A stretch of DNA of 48,859 nucleotides from an uncultured archaeon. GTDB lineage: Archaea > Thermoplasmatota > Poseidoniia > MGIII > CG-Epi1. The position numbers and the translations under genes were made by a program. Below, one piece after another: positions 17,208 through 27,500 of the stretch. Each line of letters begins with the position of its first letter. Position 1 is the stretch's first letter. The notes beneath the pieces are model-generated. The model saw only the letters and a program-made list of their open reading frames with translations. It did not search any database and was not told the DNA's origin. The stretch covers positions 1-48,859 of the forward strand of contig CAZWJS010000004.1 in NCBI GenBank assembly GCA_964634895.1, read 5' to 3'.

Positions 17208-18701
17208 GTGTCTGAAGATTGGAGATATCCGTTTTTGCCAACTGCGAGAAAAGTTCTTGAAGGTGTTAATTTAAGATCTTTATTAGATGACTACTTTTAT
17301 GCAGAAGCTAGGGATTTAGCACTTCACAGATTAGAAATGGCAGCCTCTAAGGGCAAGATTGAGGTTGAAGGCCCACCAACAAACGATGAAACTGATGTAA
17401 TACTTAGTTTTTTAATTTCACGCCTAATATTATCTAGCTCTGGAAATCAAGCTTTAATTAATTATGCAGCTCTTTCTGAAGCAAGAAGGGCAGAGTCCTT
17501 TCTTAACCAAGAAACAGATGATAATTTGGTAGAAATTGTTAATTCTTTAGACAACATAAATGTAAAGAAAGTCGGGTCTAAGTTTAACTTGAATTTTATT
17601 GATTATGTTAGGGCTGCTTCTAAGCTTAGAGATGGAAATTGGAAATTGTCAAACAGAGGCGTGAGTAATGGCATTGTTGAACTAGATAGAGAGACTTTAG
17701 TTAGATTGATGAGAGAGGTAATAAGGCAACATTTAGAGGAAATTCCAGAGGCGCCACCTGAAATCAAGGAGCATTTTAATGGTAGAATCAAAGATATTAA
17801 ATTAAATATAAACAAGACTTTTAAGGGAAGAATTGCAGGCCTAGAGGGAATAATAGCTGAAAGAGAAGCAGAAGCTCTTAAGGAGTTTGGAGAATTTGAT
17901 TTATCTAAAGCGCCACCTTGTTTTAACAAAAATCTAGCTGATCTCCAAACAGGAGTTAATCTTCCCCATCCTTCCCGTTTTTTTATTACAACATTTTTGT
18001 CTTCATTAAAACAAGATCCTGAGGCAGTTATGCGTTTGTTTGCAACAGCTCCTGATTTCAAAGAATCATTCACAAGATATCAAGTAGAACATATCTCAGG
18101 TAAAACATCCTCCACTCAATATGATACTCCAGCTTGTGACACACTAGTATCAACAGGTGTTTGTCCAGGACCTAATTCTCTTTGTAGATTGATAAAACAT
18201 CCACTTAGTTACTATAGAGTTATGGCCGAAGGAGAAAAAACTGTACAAAATCGAATCGAACGTATATTGCTAGCCACAATTGGCGAAGAAACTTATCCAA
18301 AAGATCTTATTGATATAAATACATCATATTTTAAAGATTATAATTTTTCTTTTCCATCGAAATTGAACAGAAAAAGAATAAGAGAGGCGTATAATAGTTC
18401 TGATATTAGTTTAGTGTCTGCAAAAATTCGTCGTCTAAGTCACCGTACTAGTATAATTGATTCAGAAGTAGAAGAACGTAAAATTTGGATTCCTAAATCA
18501 ACTCTTGCGATAAGTGAGAAAGGCAGTTCTAATTCATATGATTGTTTTGCTGTAACAGACTGGAAAATAGGTTTGAAATTAAGTAAATCATTTGGAGGTA
18601 GTAAGGAAATTGACTTGATTCTTCAACCACATAAAGTTGAACTTAGGTTTAATGAATCGCGTAAACTTTTCTTAATACTAGGTGTTGCCGAAGAATCTTA
18701 A
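17208..18701 (+). CDS. priL: DNA primase large subunit with a ~160-aa C-terminal extension
   Basis: YPFL, WKLSNR.V.NG.V, PPC, NLPH.SRF, APDF....TRYQVEHI, TPACDTL...GVC and C..IKHPLSYY motifs (Fe-S domain). Start probably GTG 17208. Confidence 0.92.
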   Translation: MSEDWRYPFLPTARKVLEGVNLRSLLDDYFYAEARDLALHRLEMAASKGKIEVEGPPTNDETDVILSFLISRLILSSSGNQALINYAALSEARRAESFLNQETDDNLVEIVNSLDNINVKKVGSKFNLNFIDYVRAASKLRDGNWKLSNRGVSNGIVELDRETLVRLMREVIRQHLEEIPEAPPEIKEHFNGRIKDIKLNINKTFKGRIAGLEGIIAEREAEALKEFGEFDLSKAPPCFNKNLADLQTGVNLPHPSRFFITTFLSSLKQDPEAVMRLFATAPDFKESFTRYQVEHISGKTSSTQYDTPACDTLVSTGVCPGPNSLCRLIKHPLSYYRVMAEGEKTVQNRIERILLATIGEETYPKDLIDINTSYFKDYNFSFPSKLNRKRIREAYNSSDISLVSAKIRRLSHRTSIIDSEVEERKIWIPKSTLAISEKGSSNSYDCFAVTDWKIGLKLSKSFGGSKEIDLILQPHKVELRFNESRKLFLILGVAEES

Positions 18702-19804
18702 ACTCTTATTCTTCGTCCACAGCTACAAATAAATTTAGACAGTGTTTCTTCAACATGATGCACTTTTTCACATGCCGGACAAGTAATGTTTTGGATGCCC
18801 TTACCCATGTTGACCTCTGATTCCTTTTCTTTGGATATCTTCTTTGGAGGGGCCGCCTTGCGGACAATTTTTTTCTTTGTAATTGCTTTCTTAGCGACTT
18901 TACGTTTAACAGGTTTCTTCTTAGGCTCAGGCTTTTTTTCTTCAGTAGCGCTATCCTTTAGTTTTGAACCACCTGTAAGCGAAGCTAGCAATTCACTCTC
19001 ATCAAAGTCATCATCTTCATCATCCTCTTCGATGTCTTCATATTCGTCATCTTCTTCATCTTCCTCATCGCCAGGTAAATCAGATTCATAATCTACTCCA
19101 GTAAGACTTTTACTTAATGGATTTATTGCTTCTCTTTCTTTATACAAATCGGCAGTCGTATCTTCGGGTGCTAAAACGAAAGTGTAGATTCCAACAGATA
19201 AAATTATGATAACTACAATTCCTCCTAAAATATAGATTAAATTTTCTTGTATAGGTTCAGGCAGACTTAAGTTAGGCAATGAGAATCCGCCAGAGTCATC
19301 GCCATTGGTAGCTGAACTTTCTATCGTTATTATGAATTGCTCATCTTTTACAACGGTATTATTGTCGTTTTTCAATAAGATTGAAAATCTTAAGTCGCCA
19401 GCATAATCCCTGAATATTGGGTCACTTTCTCTGAATATAGATTCGTATTCTATATATGTAATAGTGGCATCATTACTTTCTTGTTGCGGTCTTGGGCTAC
19501 CTGAGGTTTGTCCTCTATTGTCATCATCATTAAGAAAATCTATAGTGACAGCAATTTTTTGAACAGAAAGATTTTCGTTCTCAGAGTCATAAGTGTGATA
19601 ATCCCCATCTAATCTAATTATAAGAGTTAAATCGGCCCCACCTTGAAAAATTAGAGGATCTTCATTGAAAAGAACATCTTCGCCATTGATTTCCATTTCA
19701 ACAGGTTTATCAGTATATTTGCCAGCACTTGATAAAGGCAATAAGAAAATAGCCAACATCACAATCAACAAAAATTTGATTTCTAATCCGCTTTTAATAT
19801 GCAT
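18698..19804 (-). CDS. Hypothetical membrane protein: signal peptide, ectodomain, TM, acidic then Lys-rich tail, C-terminal Zn ribbon
   Basis: Hydrophobic N-terminus, TM ILGGIVVIIILSVGIYTFV, D/E run, KKPVKRKVAKK, and CPAC...CSCG. Start is uncertain (19804 or 19831). Confidence 0.75.
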   Translation of the reverse strand: MHIKSGLEIKFLLIVMLAIFLLPLSSAGKYTDKPVEMEINGEDVLFNEDPLIFQGGADLTLIIRLDGDYHTYDSENENLSVQKIAVTIDFLNDDDNRGQTSGSPRPQQESNDATITYIEYESIFRESDPIFRDYAGDLRFSILLKNDNNTVVKDEQFIITIESSATNGDDSGGFSLPNLSLPEPIQENLIYILGGIVVIIILSVGIYTFVLAPEDTTADLYKEREAINPLSKSLTGVDYESDLPGDEEDEEDDEYEDIEEDDEDDDFDESELLASLTGGSKLKDSATEEKKPEPKKKPVKRKVAKKAITKKKIVRKAAPPKKISKEKESEVNMGKGIQNITCPACEKVHHVEETLSKFICSCGRRIRV

Positions 19805-19867
19805 GACTTTTACCTTTACTGACCTTTCCAATTTAAGACTTGCTATTTATTGATACATCTCACTAAA

Positions 19868-19875
19868 TTTATTAA
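19868..19875 (+). promoter_or_regulatory. Probable TATA box (TTTATTAA) of a leaderless Cys/Met lyase transcript
   Basis: Lies 23-30 nt upstream of ATG 19898, with no SD. Confidence 0.5.
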
Positions 19876-19897
19876 CAGCCGCTTTACTAACTAAATA

Positions 19898-21088
19898 ATG
19901 TCATTCGATAAGAAGCATCTCCGGAAATCTGGAAAAGGAACTCGCGCAGTTCATTCAGGTACCTCATCAGCAGATAATTCAATTAATACTCCCGTTTATC
20001 AATCTAGTACTTTTTTCTTGGATGACAATGCTTACAAGATGTGGAAAGATGGAGCTCCAAGGGCTCCGGTTTATTCTAGATATAATAATCCATCAATGAG
20101 AGCAGTTGAGAAGAAAGTTGCACATTTGGAAGGAGCAGAGGATGCTTTAGTATGTTCAACTGGTATGGCTGCGATTTGTACTACTTTACTTACATTTCTT
20201 AATCAAGGAGATAGAATAGTCACAACTCGCAATCTTTATGGGGGAACAGTGCTTTCTTTAGATCAGGATTTCACTCGTTTTGGCATAGATGTTCATTATG
20301 TGGATATAAAGGATTTAGATGCAGTAGAAGAGGCTCTAAAAGAAAAAGAGACTAAAGTATTGTATTGTGAAACCGTAGCAAATCCATTACTTGAAATCTC
20401 AGATTTGCCTGCATTGGCTAAACTTGCTAAGGAATATGGAGCTATACCTATTGTTGATAGTACTTTTGCTACTCCAATAGCCTGTCAACCTATAAAACAT
20501 GGATTTGATTTGGTTATTCATTCAGTGACTAAATTGCTTAATGGCCATAGTGATATTTTGGGAGGCACTGTTGCAGGTAGTCAAGATTTAATTGACCAAA
20601 TTTGGTATAAGGTTAGAAATTTTGGTGGAAGTATGGATCCTCATCAGGCATCACTTCTTGAGAGGGGAATGAAAACTTTACATGTTAGATATGAAAAATC
20701 AATGGCCACAGCAAATAAGTTAGCTTCTTGGTTGGAGTCTCACGAGAAAATTACAAAAACAATTTATCCTGGTTTGAAGAGTCATGAAGATTATAATTTA
20801 TGTAAAAAAATACTTGATAGTCCAAGTACAATGGTGTGCTTTGAAGTTGCTGGAGGTGATGAAGCCGGAAGGAAATTTATGGATAATCTTCAAACGGCGA
20901 CTCAAGCAGTATCATTAGGCGGTGTTGAATCTTTGATTTCTATGCCATGTTCGACAACACATGTTTCCTGGAAAAAAGAGGATCGTTTAGCCGCAGGTAT
21001 TGGCCTAGGTTTTGTCAGATTTTCAACAGGTTTAGAGGATGCAGAGGATTTAATCGCTGATTTTGAGCAGGCTTTAGACAAATTGTAG
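19898..21088 (+). CDS. Cys/Met metabolism PLP-dependent enzyme (methionine gamma-lyase / cystathionine gamma-synthase family)
   Basis: PVYQSSTF, YSRYNNP, STGMAAI, ETVANP, DSTFATP, SVTKLLNGHSD (PLP Lys), SLGGVESL and RFSTGLED motifs. Confidence 0.92.
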   Translation: MSFDKKHLRKSGKGTRAVHSGTSSADNSINTPVYQSSTFFLDDNAYKMWKDGAPRAPVYSRYNNPSMRAVEKKVAHLEGAEDALVCSTGMAAICTTLLTFLNQGDRIVTTRNLYGGTVLSLDQDFTRFGIDVHYVDIKDLDAVEEALKEKETKVLYCETVANPLLEISDLPALAKLAKEYGAIPIVDSTFATPIACQPIKHGFDLVIHSVTKLLNGHSDILGGTVAGSQDLIDQIWYKVRNFGGSMDPHQASLLERGMKTLHVRYEKSMATANKLASWLESHEKITKTIYPGLKSHEDYNLCKKILDSPSTMVCFEVAGGDEAGRKFMDNLQTATQAVSLGGVESLISMPCSTTHVSWKKEDRLAAGIGLGFVRFSTGLEDAEDLIADFEQALDKL

Positions 21089-21125
21089 CCCCATAGAGAT
21101 AATAGCCCTCTTTTCATGTATAGTT

Positions 21126-23435
21126 GTGGAACGTTCAATTAGGCTACTTTCAGCTGGTTTTGGAAATGATAAAGTTGATGGTAAAGACCGAACATTGGTT
21201 TATCTTTTTGGAACGACTAAAGAAGGAGAGCCCTTAGCAATCCGAACACCACTTTTACTACCCTATTTTCAGATAGTTGAGCCTACTAATGAAATTATAG
21301 GGAAATTGAAAGAACGTGATGATGTTGAGGCTTTAGAATCTCAAAAGTTGTGGGTTGATGGTTCGGTAAAGAATTGTACCAAAATTACAGGTTCTAATAA
21401 GGATTCGATTTTGAAGGTAAGATACTGGTTGAAAGATAAGGAATTCAAACTTTTAGCTGCAGATATACCTTTTCATTATAGATATTTATTTGATAATAAT
21501 ATTGGCGGCTGTGTTACAGTTAAAGGCGATGAAATAATCGATGATAATTATTCTTGTAAAGTTATTGAGGCTAGAGAAATTAATGAATCTGAAAATTTCG
21601 AATCAGATTTTAGAATATTAAGTTTTGATATAGAAAATTCCATTTTTGAGAGAACAATTTATTGTATTAGCTATTGTGTTAAGACATCAGAAGGATACGT
21701 GCATGAGGAGACTTTACATGGAGATGAAGAAATCCTTTTGAACAATTTTGTTGACGCGGTTAATGAGCATGATCCAGACATAATTACAGGTTACAATATA
21801 GATGGATACGATTTACCACTTCTAGTCGAAAGATGTGAAATTTATGGCATTGATCTGAATATAGGTAGAGATGGCTCAAAATTGGAACAGCGAATGCAAA
21901 GATTTTGGCAGGCCCAAGGTAGAGTTATTGCAGATGCTTGGTGGAATGTTAAAAGAGAAGTTAGACCACGTCAAGAATCCCTTAATGCAGTTGCTAAGGA
22001 ATTACTGGGAAGAGAAAAGCACGATGTAAATCCAAAAAAGATGGATGAGGAATGGGCAAATAATCCAGATAAAGTAATGAAGTATTGTCTTGAAGATGCT
22101 AAATTAGCTTTAGAAATTCTTGAACATATCAAAGTTCTTCAGAAATACCAGCATTTGAGCACAGTTGCCAAGCTTCCCTTGAATGATGTTCTTAATGGTA
22201 TGACTTCTACAATGATAGATTCACTTATGATTAGATTTGCAGATTCCAAAGAAATAGGTGTGCCAATGACGAATCGTCGTAAGAGAACTGGTCACATTGA
22301 GGGCGGATATGTTCATAGTATTGATCCAGGTTTGTATGAATGGGTTTGTGTTCTTGATTTTAAATCGATGTATCCAAGTATTATTATTGATCGTAATCTC
22401 TGTTTTTCAACTAGATCAGATGATGGTGATATTGAAACTCCATTAGGTGTTAAATTCAAGAGTCCTGACCAGAAAAAGGGTCTGTTACCAGAATTATTAA
22501 CAAACATAATGAAAGATAGAGATGAAGCAAAGGAGCTTCAAGCTGCAGCTAAAACAGACTACGAAGAAAATTATTATCGAAGAGTACAGGAAGCGATTAA
22601 GATTTTGATGAATTCGGTTTATGGTGTATTTGCATCTTATTTTTACAGATTCACAAATTTAGATATTGGCGCCTCGATTACAGCATATGCTCGTCAATAT
22701 GTAAAGGAAATCATAGCTGAGTTGGATAAGGAGAATTTAGAGGTGATATATGGAGATACAGATTCTGTTTTTTTCCGTTCTCCACATTCTAATTTGGAAA
22801 AGACTGTGGAAATTGGGGAAAGTATTGCTGAAAGATATTCTGTTGGGGCCAAGCAGCTAGAATTTGAAAAAATCCTTCAGCCTTTCTTTTCGCATGGAGT
22901 TAAGAAGAGATACGTTGGAAAGCAAGTCTGGCCGAAGGAAAGTATGTTGGTCCGTGGTTATGAAACTCGAAGAACAGATGCTTTTCCAGCACAAGTCTCC
23001 GCTCTAGAGGATATATTTGGTAAATTGATGGCTAGAGATATTGATAATGCTTTAGAATCTTCTCAAGATTGGGTTACTAGGATTTCTAAAGGTGAAGTTA
23101 AAAAAGATCAAATGGTAATTTCTAAGACAGTAAATCTTAGTAGAAAATATGTTAACGAAGATAATCAAGCCCATCTGCAAGCATACAAGAAATATATTGA
23201 AACAGGCCGCCCTTTTGTAAGCGGTATGAAAATCTCATTCATTGTGACTAATGCTAATGTAAGTCCAATGATTGTAGAACCTTATATTCCTGAAGAAGAG
23301 TGTCCTGAACCAGATTATAATTATTATGCAGATAGGATCGCAAAGTCCTTATCTCGTTTGACTGAAGTCTTTGATTGGGACGAGAAGGCATTGAAGAAGG
23401 GGAAAAGGGCTCCTAAACAGCAAACATTGTTCTAA
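21126..23435 (+). CDS. polB: Family B DNA polymerase
   Basis: Exo I FDIE, Exo II GYNIDGYD, Exo III YCLEDA. Polymerase motifs DFKSMYPSII, KILMNSVYG, YGDTDS and KKRY. C-terminal PIP-like KQQTLF. No intein. Confidence 0.97.
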   Translation: MERSIRLLSAGFGNDKVDGKDRTLVYLFGTTKEGEPLAIRTPLLLPYFQIVEPTNEIIGKLKERDDVEALESQKLWVDGSVKNCTKITGSNKDSILKVRYWLKDKEFKLLAADIPFHYRYLFDNNIGGCVTVKGDEIIDDNYSCKVIEAREINESENFESDFRILSFDIENSIFERTIYCISYCVKTSEGYVHEETLHGDEEILLNNFVDAVNEHDPDIITGYNIDGYDLPLLVERCEIYGIDLNIGRDGSKLEQRMQRFWQAQGRVIADAWWNVKREVRPRQESLNAVAKELLGREKHDVNPKKMDEEWANNPDKVMKYCLEDAKLALEILEHIKVLQKYQHLSTVAKLPLNDVLNGMTSTMIDSLMIRFADSKEIGVPMTNRRKRTGHIEGGYVHSIDPGLYEWVCVLDFKSMYPSIIIDRNLCFSTRSDDGDIETPLGVKFKSPDQKKGLLPELLTNIMKDRDEAKELQAAAKTDYEENYYRRVQEAIKILMNSVYGVFASYFYRFTNLDIGASITAYARQYVKEIIAELDKENLEVIYGDTDSVFFRSPHSNLEKTVEIGESIAERYSVGAKQLEFEKILQPFFSHGVKKRYVGKQVWPKESMLVRGYETRRTDAFPAQVSALEDIFGKLMARDIDNALESSQDWVTRISKGEVKKDQMVISKTVNLSRKYVNEDNQAHLQAYKKYIETGRPFVSGMKISFIVTNANVSPMIVEPYIPEEECPEPDYNYYADRIAKSLSRLTEVFDWDEKALKKGKRAPKQQTLF

Positions 23436-23926
23436 TGTCTAAGATAGAGTATAGTAGTGAAAGCCGAATTTGGTATATTGCATCTGCAATATTGATAGGA
23501 GTAACAATTGTTTGCTATTCGATTGTTTATATTTTTGTTTTACCTGATCAGTCGCAAATATTCCCTTTAATTTCTAAGGCTATAAATGTTTCGTTTGTAT
23601 TTCTGGGATTGGCTGGAATTTTTATTGGATTTCAAGGGTATAAATTTAGAAATGGTCGTTCTTTCTTGATTCGCTTTGATGGGGAACAACTTTTGCTTAA
23701 ATTAGAAAAGTTGTTCTTGGACAATGAGTTTGAAGTACGAGAAACAAGTTGTGTTAGCGCTCCGGATCTGGGATTGTGGCGTGATGTTGGACGCTTACTG
23801 CTTGAAGATGGTGAAATAGAGATTAAGGAACTATGGTTTTACATGTATTATTACAGGACGCAAGTTGCGATGAGAAATAAAATCCCTGAAGAATTAATCG
23901 AGAAAGTTATTGCTAATCTGGAGTAA
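23435..23926 (+). CDS. Hypothetical 2-TM membrane protein, translationally coupled to polB
   Basis: TAATG stop/start overlap. Two hydrophobic helices followed by a soluble domain. Confidence 0.7.
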   Translation: MSKIEYSSESRIWYIASAILIGVTIVCYSIVYIFVLPDQSQIFPLISKAINVSFVFLGLAGIFIGFQGYKFRNGRSFLIRFDGEQLLLKLEKLFLDNEFEVRETSCVSAPDLGLWRDVGRLLLEDGEIEIKELWFYMYYYRTQVAMRNKIPEELIEKVIANLE

Positions 23927-24401
23927 ACTTTCCTAAACCTGAGGAATAGTAAACCATTGGTTCAGCATCTTCATCAAAGTTTCCATTTTCGATTTGTCCA
24001 ACAAATATAGTGTGGTCTCCTCCCTCGTACATCTCTTTGATACTACATTCCATTGAAGCTAGACATCCATGTAGGAGCGGAGTTCCATTATCAGTTAGCT
24101 CATGCTCACTTGATTTTATCAGCTCATTTTTATCTATTTTTGAGTTAGCAAAATCCCACGCTAATTTTCCTTGCTCAGAACTGCAAATATTAACCCCAAA
24201 ATGTGTGTTTTTAGTTAGTGAATCATGGCTTGCTATTTTTCTATCGATACATATTAAAACTAAAGGTGGGTCCATTGACAGTGAACAGAAGCTTGAAACA
24301 GTTAACCCTCCAAATGTGTTATTTTCACTAAAAGTTACTAGCGTTACTCCGGATGCAAAGCGCTTCATTAGTTCTTTAAAAAGATCATCAGATATTGCCA
24401 T
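23913..24401 (-). CDS. Flavin reductase family protein (RutF/HpaC-like)
   Basis: FASGVTLVT, GLTVSSFCSLSMDPPLVL, GTPLL and GGDHTIFVG motifs. Start probably ATG 24401. Confidence 0.92.
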   Translation of the reverse strand: MAISDDLFKELMKRFASGVTLVTFSENNTFGGLTVSSFCSLSMDPPLVLICIDRKIASHDSLTKNTHFGVNICSSEQGKLAWDFANSKIDKNELIKSSEHELTDNGTPLLHGCLASMECSIKEMYEGGDHTIFVGQIENGNFDEDAEPMVYYSSGLGKFTPD

Positions 24402-24512
24402 TGAGTCAAACAACAAGAGCCTTCTATTTAGTATAATTTAGACCTCCTGCTACTTTTTTAACCCTCTTCTTAACTTTAACCAATAATCCGAACGCGTGTA
24501 TGCACAGCCGCA

Positions 24513-27500
24513 GTGAGGAAAAAGGAAAATATGTATAAAAATAGTCGTTTTGTATATGCAGGCCTTTTGTTTTTAGTTTTGCTATTCCTTTTTGTTTTAG
24601 TTTCAGATAATTCCGAGGCAGATGAGATTGATGTTGATAGTTTTGGTGGTGCAGACTATACATCTTTGTCAGACGCAGTTTCAAATGCTAATCCTGAAGA
24701 TACAATTAATGTTGCAGCCCGAACATACATAGATACGGTTCTTATCGATAAGCAATTGACTATTCTTGGAGCTAATGAAGGTTCTGGAAAAGACGCAGGT
24801 AATATTTTTGGTGCTTCTTGCGATAGTGGTAATTTGGTAACTCGTTACAAGCTAGATGAGACTAGCGGTAGTGATGCAAGTGATGAAATTAGCTGTGATG
24901 ATTTGGATGGTGATGTTTCGGGTGCTTCTTGGGAAACTGGAGTTTGGGGTAATGGTCTAGATTTTGACGGTAGTGATTACGTTAAGGTTGATTATGGTAG
25001 TGCTTTTGATGATATCACAACCGCCATATCAATAAGTGCTTGGGTTAACTTAGACGATAATGAAACGACTCAAACAATAGTTTCTAATTACAATCAACAA
25101 TCAGATACAGATAGGGATGGCTTTCGTTTTCTTATTACTCACCAGGGGTATCCCGAATTTGTATTTGGTATGGGCTCTTCAAGTGGAAGCTGTGATGCCG
25201 CAGTAGCATTATCAGAGAATACATGGTATCATCTTGTAGTGACCTATGGAGAAGATTCTTCAGATCCTATAACTTTTTACATAAATAGTGAAAAAGCATC
25301 AGAGACTTGTGGTTACAGTACAGAGATTAGTCCATCATCAGCAGACTTAATAATTGGTGCCACAGATGAGAATGATGATGATTCTTATGAAACTTATTTT
25401 GATGGAACTATTGACGATGTGATGATATGGAATAGCATACTTTCTTCGTCAACAATAGAAGCATTGCATTGGTCTGGTGACGGCAGCTATTATCCAATAA
25501 TCGATGCTGATGAAGGAGATTATTCATTCAAAGTTACTGCAGATGATGTACTTATCAGGAAATTTGAAGTTTACGATGCTGGAGATGATAACACTGATGC
25601 AGGTATTTTTGTTGACGGGGCAGATGATGTAACTATTGTTAAGATAATCTCAAAATCTAATAGAGTTGGAATTTCAGTTGCTGATTCAGATGATGTAAAA
25701 ATCCACACAGTCACAATAAATTGTGATTCTCACGATAGAGGTTTAAAAATCACCAGTTCAGATAATATTGAAGTTGCTTGGGGAAGTTACGATTGTGCTA
25801 CTGTTGAAGGTATTTATTCAGAGAATAGTAAAAATGGAATTTATCATAATTTTACCCTTGATGATAATGAAGTTGGTATTCATTTTTTCTCTAGTACAAA
25901 TGTTCCTAACGCACATTCCTCTAATCAAATTAATTCTGTAAATATCGCTGATAGTGATAGTTCAGGGATTAAGTTTAATGGTGCAGACAACAACATACTT
26001 TATGATGTTACTTTAGATGATAACAAATATGGAATATCTTTTGGTTGGAATGCTGATGACAACATACTGAATGATGTAGATTTTGTAAACAGTGAGGATT
26101 ATGATATCTATCACTTTGGCTGTGGTGTGAGTGATAATGAAAATCCAGATAATACAGGTAAGAGATATTTTTGTGGTGGCTGGGATAATGTCCTAATTGA
26201 CACAACTTTTGGAGAAGATTTATTGTCCATAAATGCTAGTTCACGTTTACTGGTCAAAGAACTCCTAGAAACAGAAGCTACTGGCAATGAAACTTATGCT
26301 TGGAATCGTGTTAATACAACCATTGATGATGATCGTAGAACATCCTCTGGAACTAATTCATTTTGGATAGGTTATTCTGGAAATGATAAATATGCTGACA
26401 ATTGGAATGAGAATTTCTCGATGAATACAGATGTTTCTTTACCAAGTGGAGGAGTTGAAGAGAATAGAATTTTGGAGATTAAAACCTGGTATGAGACTGA
26501 GGATACATTTGATGGTGGGCGTGTTTACATTTCTAAGGATTCAGGGACTACTTGGAACCTCCTTACTCCTATTGGGGGATATGATAGTAATTTACAAGCT
26601 ACTTGTGATTTTGATGGCGGGGCGTTCAATGGAGACGATGAAGATGCTTGGCAAACTAAGAAATTTAATTTGTCTGGATATCGTGGAGAGGATATTCGTA
26701 TTAAATTTAATTTCTGTAGTGACGGATCACAAACGGAAGAAGGTTGGTACATAGATGATGTTAAAATTTTCAAAGAGTCTGATTCTAGTAATGTTTTGTA
26801 TTTTGATGATTTTGAACGGGCAGGTCACAAATGGCTTTTTGCAGGTGATTGGACTACAAGCAATGCCCCAAGTTACTATGGCGTAAATGGCGTAGATGTT
26901 CTTGTTACTGATGAGACAAGAGGCGAAAGTCTTCTGAATATTACATATAATTCTAATTTGAAAAATCATTGGAAATTTGATGAATCCAGCGATTGCGTCA
27001 CCTGTTATACATATGATTCAATCACTAATTATAATGCACGTCTCTATGGAGCTACTTTTACATCTGGTAAGTTTGGTAATGCGATTAGTTTTGATGGAGA
27101 TAATGATTATGTTCAAAGTAACAATGACATGCATAGCGGACGCTATACACAACTTACGATATCAGCATGGGTTAAGTTTGATAGTTTTCCCAGCAGTGGC
27201 AATTATGAATCGTTAGTTAATCCAAGGTACGATGGAGATGCATTTCTTCAAGTAGACAGTGATGGAAAGCCTATTTTTGGAGGCTATTTTTACAATCCTA
27301 ATGGAGAGCAAAGAGTTGTTGGAACGACAACGATGATTACCGGTGTTTGGTACCACCTTGTTGGAACTTGGAGTGAATATAGTGACAAGATGCACATATA
27401 TGTCAATGGAACATTAGAAAAAGAAAAATCTATGTCATCTAATAACCTTTATCTAAGGACAAGTTACTATAATTATTTTGGTAGAGACTACAACGGAAAT

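Noticed and set aside
8144-23435. Replication gene cluster (xpd, rfcS, priL, polB) as a viral/plasmid replicon or origin region
   Set aside because: The genes are typical cellular orthologues interspersed with metabolic genes. No ORB-like repeats or long AT-rich intergenic region were seen.
24424-24684. 86-aa minus-strand ORF as a regulator of the giant gene
   Set aside because: It overlaps the giant's signal-peptide region and promoter and has no domain features.
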